This document shows, in pieces, positions 36,545 through 46,345 of a DNA stretch of 46,345 nucleotides (positions are counted from its first letter, which is position 1; every line of letters starts with the position of its first letter). The notes beneath the pieces were generated by a model that saw nothing but the letters and a program-made list of their open reading frames with translations, was not told the origin of the DNA and did no database searches. The position numbers and the translations under genes are program-made. The DNA comes from Octopus sinensis (taxonomy: Eukaryota), in NCBI RefSeq assembly GCF_006345805.1, contig NW_021834636.1, positions 1 through 46,345 on the forward strand, in the 5' to 3' direction.

Positions 36545-37047
36545 ATATTGTTGTATTTAGGAATGGTCATTTTGCCAGTTTAGCCAATAAAAACACACGC
36601 ACTATATATTTGGTGTTACTTTGCTTCAGCGTTATTTATTTTTTACTTTAATCTTAATCTTATTTCGGCAAGAGTTCTTTCATCACACTCCTGTGACCTC
36701 ATCAGTGGTCCTTTGCTTTCTTCTTTCTTATTTGTGTGTCTCTCCTTACTAACCATCAGCCCTTTTGTATTTTGTATTCCTATTGTACGTGTCCTCATTT
36801 GTGCATGCGTATACCTCTATGTGTGTCTATGTTTAGTTAGTGTGCGTGGGGGGGGGGTTGAAGTGCCTGTAATATTTGTATCTCCTGTTTATATACGTAC
36901 GTGTAATTTGTTTTTGCTTTTGGCCGAAATAAGATTAAGATTAATATAAAAAATAAATAAGACTGAAGCAAAGTAACACCAAATATATAGTGCGTGTGTT
37001 TTTATTGGCTAAACTGGCAAAATGACCATTCCCAAATACAACAATAT
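36545..37047. repeat. 125-bp inverted repeat with 253-bp spacer
   Basis: 36545-36669 is the reverse complement of 36923-37047 with few mismatches; a fragment of the same sequence is at about 24420-24460. Confidence 0.9.
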
Positions 37048-37132
37048 ATCTATCTATCTATCTCTCTCTCTCTATATATATATATATAGATAGATATATA
37101 TGTATATACACACACACACACATACACACACA

Positions 37133-37208
<76 letters not shown>

Positions 37209-38024
37209 CCTGCTCTCTTTGTTATTGGTTACTACTAGTAATCTTTAATCTTAATTACCCACATCACAGTTCCCCGGAATGTAATCAGATGTGGGGAAAT
37301 ATCTGAAGATATTTCAATGTCATTCATCCTCCTGAATAAAGCAGGTCAAACAGAAAGTGACATCAGGTCTAACAGGAAGTGATATCTCGTGTCCTAAATT
37401 AACACACTACATTCACACAAAACCTCATTAACGACATAAAACTTGTCGTCCACACATTATTGCTGTGAAAATATTTGAAACGGTTCAGAAGAACTGATAC
37501 TCGGGAATACTAATCTATACATCAATCAAAGTTTCCCCACCCTTTTGATGTCCCCTCTCTAATGTTGGCCCCTAAACCCTCAGTTGAGATTTTCTTATTG
37601 AGTCTCCTATTTTTATAAGGCTCACTTGATATTCATATAAATGCAGTTGTTTTTAATTATCAGCTTCCGAAGATATTGATAAATCATTAATCACTCTAAT
37701 CACACACAAGATGTCGGTATTTACTGATAGAACCTTGGTGATTTATTGGTATTTAGTCACCATTTATAATTCAGTATTCTTTATTATTTTTATGTTGCAG
37801 AAAGTAACCATCTTGAAGTGTGACAAAGTCTTCTAATTGGACAAGAACAATGTTTAGTGGGAGTAGTGAGAGACATAATATGACAGAGAAAAAGACACCT
37901 GGAACATCTTTTATCAAAAGTGTGCTTGATTAAGGCAGAACTGGATTTACACAACAACATGAAATACAATATTCCACACCATAAAGCCCATGAGACAAAC
38001 AGACAGATCATACAGTATTATTAC

Positions 38025-38167
38025 CCAAACTATTTTTGTTCGTTATCTTCTGTCCACACGTAGGGCATCGTTTAGGTATCTTTTGGGGACAGCATTTCTT
38101 ACACAGCGAAAGATGTTTACATGGAAAGAACGTCTCTGTGGCCACTTCGTCTTCACAAAACACACAT
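38025..38167 (-). CDS. Exon: RING-HC finger of MIB/IAP type
   Basis: Acceptor gtttttgttcctcag|A (phase 2, giving CA+A=Gln with the previous exon). Encodes CVFCEDEVATETFFPCKHLSLCKKCCPQKIPKRCPTCGQKITNKNSL = C-x2-C-x11-C-x-H-x3-C-x2-C-x8-C-x2-C. Donor G|GTAATA (phase 1). 143 nt. Confidence 0.85.
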
Positions 38168-38358
38168 CTGAGGAACAAAAACATGAACACATCCCATTAA
38201 TAACATTCATTTATAACAAATATTACATTGTGTGCATATTTACAGTAGAGAATATTATGCGACACCACAATTAAACAATTACATATGGGCGAATTTGTGT
38301 GTATATAAATGCAGACACAGACACACAGACACAGACAGAGATACACACACACACACAT

Positions 38359-38389
<31 letters not shown>

Positions 38390-38617
38390 AATGGACACAA
38401 ATATTAATAAGTATATGTCATGACATTGATACATCACAAAAACTGATGTACGCAAAGTGAACAACATATATTCCAGAAATATAATTCACTTATATATATA
38501 TGTGTGTCTGTGTGTGTGTGTGTGTGTGTGTCCGAGTCAGTCGCCATGATAGATTGTTAGCCGCTACACACATTTTTTTCTCTCCTTGTTTCTATCCTTG
38601 TTTTTTTTTCCGTGTCC

Positions 38618-38653
38618 CTTTCTGTAGAAGAGCGAAGGCTCGAAACGTAAAAG
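38618..38653 (+). ncRNA. Minimal hammerhead-like motif with atypical core
   Basis: CTTT-CTGTAGA-A-GAGC(gaag)GCTC-GAAA-CG-TA/AAAG; palindromic ACGT stem III; A6 replaced by U and one extra A. Confidence 0.4.
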
Positions 38654-38714
38654 ACTTTTTCTATTCCTTCAATACCACCTGTCATCGTCTTTTGTTTTTT
38701 TCGTAAACTCTCCC

Positions 38715-38788
<74 letters not shown>

Positions 38789-38838
38789 TGTGTGTGTGTG
38801 CGTATATGTATATATATATATATATATATACATATACG

Positions 38839-38884
<46 letters not shown>

Positions 38885-39016
38885 CACGGGGGGAAATAAT
38901 ATACGTGCATGTCAAAATTCTTTCTTTATTTAATTTCTAATGAACATAAATGGGATATACCACTATTATATATTTGCATACAGATGCATAAACTAAGAAT
39001 ATGCAAAAGAAACTAA

Positions 39017-42000
39017 CACACCTCCCAAACCCTCAGAGTTGGCACGCTCAACGTTGGCACATTGAAAGGTAGGTCTGGAGAGATTGTAGAGCTGCTTGAA
39101 CGGAGACGTGTGGATGTATGCTGTATCCAGGAAGTAAGGTGGAGAGGAGGTTCTGCTAGGCTCCTCACGGGCAAGGAACACAGGTACAAGATTTTCTGGG
39201 CAGGGAACATTGACGGAGTCGGGGGCGTGGGTATACTTCTTGCGGAGAAATGGATAGGTAAGGTAATCGAGGTAGTCAGAGTAAGTGACAGAGTAATTAA
39301 AATTAGATTAGTTCTTCACCATAGGACAGCTACCATCATCTCGGCATATGCCCCTCAACCAGGGCTACCGGAAGGACAAAAAGACCAATTCTATGACACC
39401 CTATTGCGGACTACCTCATTGACAAATGACAGTGACCTTCTCTTCGTGGCAGGTGATTTCAATGGACATGTTGGACGACATGTCAGGGGCTTCCATGGCA
39501 TCCATGGAGGCCACGGTTTTGGCTCTTGAAATGAGGAGGGAACCAGGCTGCTGGAGTTCTGCGATGCAAATGACCTTATGGTCTGCAATACCCACTTCAG
39601 GAAACCCACCTCTCACCTAGTCACCTACCGTTCTGGCAGACACACCAGCCAGATTGACTACATCCTTGCCAGAAAAAGGGAAAGAGGGCTGATTATAAAT
39701 GCCAAAACCAACCCAGGCGAAGAATGTACTCCCCAACATAGATTAGTAGTTAGCGACTTCAGGATCAGAGCTAAATGGTTGCCCAGAAGAAGACCAGCTT
39801 GGAGGAGAAGGGTCTGGAAGCTTAAAGATCCTGCAAATGGACAGAGATTTAGAGACATACTACTCGAAGCCTCTGACGAAATAGAAGGGGATATAGCTCC
39901 ACTTAATGTGGAAGACAACTGGAGATTTCTACGGGACAATCTGCTGACAGCCACTGACCAGATCTGTGGATGGAGCAAAGTACCATCTCGACCCAGAGTT
40001 ACATGGTGGTGGAACACGGTGGTTGACGGGGCTATTAGACAAAAGAGACAGGCTTGGAAGGACTGGAAGAACGGTGGTAGCAGGGAATTGTATCAGACAG
40101 CCAAAAGGGAAGCTAGGAGACAGGTTTATTTAGCCAGAGGGGAAGCGGATAAGAAAAAATTTGCCAATGTTCTGAGCCGTGAGGATGAAAGACTTGAGGT
40201 ATTTCGTGTTGCAAGACAGTGTGTGAGAGAGAATCGTGATGTGGTAGGAGAGAAGTGTGTTCGCATGGATGATGGTTCACTTGCGCTAAATGAGGATGCA
40301 AAGAGAGAGGTTTGGAGATGCCACTATGAAAGTTTGCTGAATAAAGAAAATGAATGGGATAAAGAGAGTCTGCCAAATGTTGACCCAACAGAGGGACCAG
40401 CTATCCGAGTTGATAGTTCCGTGGTAGCTAAGGCAATTAGAAGCATGAAGACAGGGAAAGCCCCAGGCCCATCAGGAATTACTGCAGAGATGCTCAAAAT
40501 ATCTGGCAGTGTCGGCTATAACCTAGTCACCCGTATAGTCAACCAGGTGATACACGAAGGAGTCATACCCAATGACTGGTGTAGCAGCATACTAGTCAAC
40601 TGCTACAAAGGTAAAGGTGATGCCCTGGATACAAATAATTACAGAGGTATCAAGCTGTTGGATCAGGTAATGAAGGTTACGGAGAGAGTCATAGCCCAAC
40701 TAATTAGAGAGAGAGTTAGTTTAGATGAGATGCAGTTTGGGTTTGTCCCAGGGAAAAGCACCACTGATGCTATATTCCTGGTAAGGCAGCTGCAGGAGAA
40801 ATACCTAGCCAAGGATAAGCCCCTGTACCTGGCTTTCGTTGACATGGAGAAAGCCTTTGATAGGGTCCCCCGATCCCTCATCTGGTGGTCAATGAGGAAA
40901 CTAGGGATAGATGAATGGCTGGTGAGGGCTGTGCAAGCCATGTACAGAGATGCCGTAAGTAAGGTTAGAGTTGGCAACATGTACACAGAAGAATTCAAGT
41001 AGAGGTTGGGGTCCACCAGGGTTCAGTACTCAGCCCCCTCCTATTTATCATAGTCCTCCAGGCAATAACGGAGGAATTCAAGACAGTTGCCCCTGGGAGC
41101 TCCTCTATGCTGACGACCTCGCTCTAATCGCTGAGTCACTATCAGAACTGGAGGAGAAGTTCCAGGTGTGGAAGGAGGGTTTAGAATCGAGGGGCCTTAG
41201 AGTCAACCTAGCTAAAACCAAAGTACTAATAAGTAGAAAGGTAGAAAACCCACAAATATCCTCAGGAAGATGGCCCTGCTCGATCTGTAGAAAAGGTGTA
41301 GGTAGAAACTCTATAAGATGTACCCAGTGTAAGCTATGGACACATAAGAGGTGCAGCAATGTCAAAGGTAGGCTAACTGGGAAGATAGTTTTTGTACGTG
41401 GCAGGTGCTCTGGAGCATTGACCTCCGAAAATCTGCAGAAAACAACTTCTGTCACTTTCCGGGGGGAAAAACTAGAAGTAGTTGATAGCTTCCACTATCT
41501 AGGTGACCAAGTCAGTAGTGGGGGTGGGTGCGCTGAAAGTGTAACTGCTAGAATAAGAATAGCCTGGGCAAAGTTTAGGGAGCTCTTACCTCTGCTGGTG
41601 ACTAAAGGCCTCTCGCTCAGAGTAAAAGGCAGACTGTATGATGCATGTGTACGAACAGCTATGCTACATGGCAGTGAAACATGGGCCGTGACTGCTGAGG
41701 ACATGCGTAAGCTCGTGAGGAACGAAGCCAGTATGCTCCAATGGATGTGTAATGTCAGTGTACTTACTCGACAGAGCGTGTACCTTGAGAGAAATGTTGT
41801 ACCTAAGAAGCATCAGTTGTTGTGTGCAAGAGAGACGATTGCGCTGGTATGGTCATGTGGCGAGAATGGATGAAGATAGGTGTGTGAGAAAGTGCCAATC
41901 CCTAGCAGTTGAGGGAACCCGTGGAAGAGGTAGACCCAGGAAAACCTGGGACGAGGGGTGAAGCACGACCTTCGGACGTTAGGTCTCACCATGGAAATGA

Positions 42001-42678
42001 CTAGAGACCGAGACCTATGGAAGTATGCTGTGCGTGAGAAGACCCGGCAAGACTAGTGAAGCCATAATCCGTGGCCCCTACCTGGGACGTAGTCAGTCCA
42101 CCTGTGCATACCTTCCTTCTTGTGACACTTGTGAAGACCTGTTGAGGCAAGTGAGAATCGAATCGTATCGAATCAAATCGAACCAAATCAAAATAGATGA
42201 ACATCAATGGAATTTGTATCCTCGTGGTACCAGTGCCGGTGGCACATAAGAAAACCATCCGAACGTGACCGTAGCCAGTACCGCAATGACTGGCCTCCGT
42301 GCTGAGGGCACGTAACAAACACCATCCGAGCGTGGCCGTCCGCCAGCCTCGTCTGGCACCTGTGTCGGTGACACATAAGAAAACACCATCCGAGCGTGGC
42401 CGTCTGCCAGCCTCGTCTGGCACCTGTGTCGGTGGCACATAAAAAACACCATCCGAGCGTGGCCGTCTGCCAGCCTCGTCTGGCACCTGTGTCGGTGGCA
42501 CATAAAATCACCCACTACACTCTCGGAGTGGTTGGCGTTAGGAAGGGCATCCAGCTGTAGAAACACTGCCACATCTGACTGGCCTGGTGCAGCTTCGGCT
42601 TCCCAGACCCAGTTGAACCGTCCAACCCATGCTAGCATGGAAGCGGACGTTAAACGATGATGATGAGATGATGATGAT
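39017..42678 (+). mobile_element. RTE LINE, 5'-truncated: APE endonuclease, RT and PHD-like zinc finger; 1 stop and 4 frameshifts
   Basis: GTLNVGTLKGR, CCIQEVRW, AGDFNGHVG and SQIDYIL (APE); KAPGPSG, NYRGIKLL, FVDMEKAFDRV, GVHQGSVLSP and LLYADDL (RT); CSICRKGVGRNSIRCTQCKLWTHKRC. TGA at 39527; shifts at about 40998, 41085, 41780 and 41955; stop at 42054-42056; (GAT)n tail. Confidence 0.97.
42317..42510 (+). repeat. Three tandem 64-bp repeats in the RTE 3' UTR
   Basis: ACACCATCCGAGCGTGGCCGTC(C/T)GCCAGCCTCGTCTGGCACCTGTGTCGGTG(A/G)CACATAA x3. Confidence 0.95.
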
Positions 42679-44011
42679 TATAGTAACTAGGAATTTATAT
42701 ACATTATAAATATTTAGGGGTGAAAAAAGTATTCGTACAGAATATAAATAACTGATAATTCTGATATGATACTTCGTAGCATAACCATTATTCAGTTCCA
42801 CTTCAACCAATCTCTTCTTGTAGTTCTTCACCAATGACTCGCATGTTTCTTTAGGAACTTTTTTCTATTCTTCTTGACAAATTTTCTTCAAATCTGTAAT
42901 GCATGTTGGGGCTCTTGAATTTCAGTTTTCAAATAACGCCACAAATTTTCAATGGGGTTCAAGTCAGGTGACAGGCTTGGCCATTACAATAATTTTATAT
43001 TGTGATTGACAATCCATATTTGGTAGACTTCACCGTGTGCTTAGGGCCGTTACCCTATTGTAAAACCCACCCTTCACAAAGCTGGAGCTTTTCAACAGAG
43101 TCCCATAAATTATTGTTCAAAATATTTTGGTACATCTCTGCATTCATTCTACCATCTATCACATGTAAATTGCCAGTACCATTTGCAGAGAAACACCCCC
43201 ACACCTCCAATCTTTACGGTAGGAATTGTGTTTTTACTCCAAACATGGGTAAGCGAATTTCGTCCAAACAATTCATTTTCGTCTCGTCTGTCCATAGAAC
43301 ATTTTCCCAGAATGTATCAGATTTATCTTTATGTTCATAACAAATTTTAAACGGGCATCTCTATGCCTTTTAGTCAACAGAGGAGTTTTTTCTAGGAGAG
43401 CGTGACTTCAGTTCATTCCTATGAAAACTCCTTTCTGGTGATTATTGCGTTTTTTTATATTCTTCTCTTCATTTTTCTTAAAGATCTTGGGGAAATCTTG
43501 CGTGGTGCTCCGGATCTTATTCTGTTTTCAACAGTTCCCGATTCCTTATATCTTTGAATAAATGAAGATATGGTAGTAAGCGGAATACAAAGTGTCTCTG
43601 ATATTTTCCTGTAACTTTTACCTACTTTCTACAGTTCAATAATTAAGTTTTTCTCTGAATTTGTGAGTTCTTTACTTTTCGCCATTATTGCGATATCACT
43701 TTATGTTGTCTCAGTGCTGAATGAAGAAGCTAGTGTTTTGACACTCAAAAATGAAAACTGATAAGATTATTGGAATAAACAAATTTCTAGTAAAAAATAT
43801 TTTAACAGTATTTTGTGGCATAGAAAATCATACATTTATTCTGTACGAATACTTTTTTCACCCTAAATATTTATAATTGTATATAAATTCATTAGTTACC
43901 ATAATTTATTAGTTTCTTTTGCATATTCTTAGTTTATGCATGTGTATGCAAATATATAATAGTGGTATATCCCATTTATGTTCATTAGAAATTAAATAAA
44001 GAATTTTGACA
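42679..44011 (-). mobile_element. Decayed Tc1-family DNA transposon (left arm continues at 38910-39016)
   Basis: Transposase remnant 43685-42769: MAKSKELTNSEKNLIIEL, FWENVLWTDETK, Q*GNGPKHT, WPSLSPDLNPIENLW, LVKNYKKRLVEVELNNGYATKY. Inverted repeat AGGGTGAAAAAAGTATTCGTACAGAAT on both sides. Confidence 0.9.
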
Positions 44012-44046
44012 GACGAATATTTATTTCCTCCCCACAGTATAATATA

Positions 44047-44098
<52 letters not shown>

Positions 44099-44630
44099 AT
44101 CTATGTATGCATATATAAATACGTATGTATGTATGTATCCATGTATGTATCTATGTATGCATGTATAATACGTATGTATGTATGTATCCATGTATGTACA
44201 CTCATTGTATGTGTTTGTAGTGATTTTCTCAGGATAGCTCACATGGACATGACTGGTGGGACAGAGAAAACAGAGGAACAATCTGTTGGTAGACAGATAA
44301 ATTCCATCACTTCACTATTTACTTCTACATTTTCTCATTGGTCCCAAATCTTTAAAAGGGAACTGAGAGGGGTGGGTGGGGATTTTAGGAGAGGTATAAA
44401 GTCAACACAACCAATCATTTGAATGTAATCAAAATAATGTTCTTTCTTTAATTATCTTAACATCTGCATATTGTTTATTGTTCTTCTTACTGCTGTTGTC
44501 TAACCTTTCCTTAAGCCACTAAGACAGTATAATGTAACAGTAGAATTAAAACAATATAAACATATAAACACGGTTATATACAAAACAGAAAATGTAATGG
44601 TTTATCTTGTCATTGCCAGTGAATACTTAC

Positions 44631-44809
44631 TGCATTGGTGGGAATAACATATTTAACGTCTTTTTTAAATTTTCCTTTTCTATTAGGTCCAATGGTGTTC
44701 TGCCAATTTTGTTTTTACAGTAAAAGTTGGCCACGTGGTGGGCTAGGTAGCAAGCAACTACCACACCAGAGTACCTTTGTTTCTTTCCCAGTTTCAGATC
44801 TTTTAAGTA
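44631..44809 (-). CDS. Exon of MIB-like E3 ligase: last ankyrin repeat (most 5' exon visible; upstream exons lie beyond the window)
   Basis: Translates YLKDLKLGKKQRYSGVVVACYLAHHVANFYCKNKIGRTPLDLIEKENLKKTLNMLFPPM, resembling the final ANK repeat of Mind bomb ([24 protein letters not shown]). Donor CA|GTAAGT at 44631/44630 (phase 2). Acceptor ttcatcatttgaag|TAC is plausible but less certain. Confidence 0.75.
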
Positions 44810-45313
44810 CTTCAAATGATGAAATATAAAATGATGAGTTAAAGATTACACAAACATATACTAAAGATGCCCCAAATTACACAACAGTTCAACTACATTT
44901 ACACATAGTTTGTTTCCCCAGTGATTAAACTAATCACACAGCGTTGATTTCTTACATCATCTCTTAGTGAGTCCACTTTTCATTATCATTTGTTTTTACT
45001 TTACGTTCTACATTAAGAAAAACATTATGATCATTATATTGAAGAAAACACACATTAGTGGTCAACGTTATTGCTTAACAATGATATTTAAGGAGTAAAT
45101 ATTTACTTGCCAATCACAAATGTCACAAACTATTCAATTAAAACACAATATAAAGTTATTATAACATCAAGTCAAATATACAAAATATAAGGACAGAAAT
45201 GTCACAATAATGAAAGACAACAAACCAACAAGAACCTATCTCTACAACTGGCTTGATAAAGCCAAATGGCCACAGCAAGAGAAATACTTACGGAAGAGTA
45301 TTGTACATATAAG

Positions 45314-46265
45314 TACTAGCTTAAGGTGACCCGCTCTACGCGTGGGTGAGGGTGTGATTGTTACTTTCTGTTGCTTCCTTTGTTTCTTATCGCCATATTC
45401 ACCTTCTTTGTTCCTCTCTCCTTTCTCTCTCGCATCCCCACTCTCTTACTCTTCATTTATCTCGGACTCTCCCTCACTTTCCATTGCTTTTTATCTTTCT
45501 CTATCTATCTATCTCCCATTTATAAAAAATTAGATTTCCGTGCTTAAATTACAAATCTTCTACTTTACCATGTTGAAAATTTGATTGAAATCGGGCAAAA
45601 GGTGTCCAATCTAAACCCCAATTGTCCCCCAAAATCAATAAAATCCCTATTTTCACACCAAAACGACCACAGTAGCGCCCAAAAGTCTCTCAAACAATTT
45701 CTCACCGCAAGTTACCCCCTCTTTTAAATTGTAATCCCCTTCCAGGCCCAATTACACATATTTTTACATAAAATCCAATTTGTATCATCGTTCGCCTTCT
45801 TCATTTGATAGATTAGAAATACATACCCGGCCTTGTTCGGAATTAAAATAGTTTATTATTGTTTTACTCGTTTTGGTATTATAACCCGATTTCATTCGGG
45901 TCTAAGCGGGCCACATTTTAAAAGATGAGGAATTTTGCCCTAGAGTCCATGCCTTTCAATTGAGCAAATTCGAAGTTCCAATACAAACTCGCTAGCACTT
46001 TTAACATAGGTGTGCATATTTTTAGCCAATCCAACCACATATGCACACAGTATATATATAAATAACACAATATATCTGTTTAATAATATCTGTTATGACT
46101 GTGCGATGGAGGTGGGCGATATTAATTCACATTCTAAAAGACCTGTGGCGAGAATATTTTAAACTTTTGCGGTTGTCATCGCTTTCTGTCTATAGATACA
46201 GACAGATGTACAGTGAGAGAGGTGGTGCAAGAAAGAGTGACAGAGAGACATCGTTATAGAGGGAT
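45314..46265 (+). mobile_element. Helentron-like non-autonomous element
   Basis: 5' TACTAGC plus hairpin ACCCGCTCTACGCGTGGGT; 3' ACAGACAG..CGTTATAGAGGGAT; homologous to 20390-21906. Confidence 0.6.
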
Positions 46266-46345
46266 CAAAAAATCACTCTTTTTGCCATAGCAACCACATC
46301 TTATAGCTTGCGAATTTTAACCATCGCGGGTCTCTTCTCACCACG

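Larger units (their letters stand above)
29380..37780. repeat. Three diverged tandem segmental duplicates, each carrying one symmetric exon
   Basis: Homologous blocks at about 29380-30200, 32380-34000 and 35400-37780 (e.g. TTGCAG(C/G)TAA..TGGAAATTAG, ATACTCAC, AATGGTCAACTGGTGAC, CAACATT..TCTTCTGCTTAA); partial fourth block at 34740-34900. Confidence 0.8.

Noticed and set aside
36660-36712. Hammerhead on the minus strand
   Set aside because: Core present but stems I and III cannot be formed in register.

Overview
Eukaryotic, AT-rich, microsatellite-dense DNA. The SINE, RTE and Helitron repeats look like those of Octopus; this is recognition from memory, not a database match. There are no prokaryotic features. 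One host gene can be assembled on the minus strand from six exons with canonical splice sites and matching phases: 44809-44631, 38167-38025, 36052-36002, 32733-32662, 29647-29576 and 27660-27461 (717 nt, 238 aa plus stop). It encodes the C-terminal part of a Mind bomb (MIB)-like E3 ligase: last ankyrin repeat, one RING-HC, a linker, then a death domain that canonical MIB1/MIB2 lack. The two linker exons are diverged tandem copies of the first death-domain exon. The rest is mobile DNA. This includes a 5'-truncated but nearly complete RTE LINE inserted into one arm of a Tc1 element, a decayed Penelope-like element (RT + GIY-YIG) and a GC-rich CR1 fragment with an uninterrupted ORF. There are also Hero/R2-superfamily, Helitron and older RTE remnants, many SINEs, three minisatellites and several long inverted repeats. 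Five Penelope-type minimal hammerhead-ribozyme-like motifs are present, two with compensatory changes at the 3-8 core pair (U3-A8 and G3-C8). All calls are by eye; repeat boundaries are approximate.
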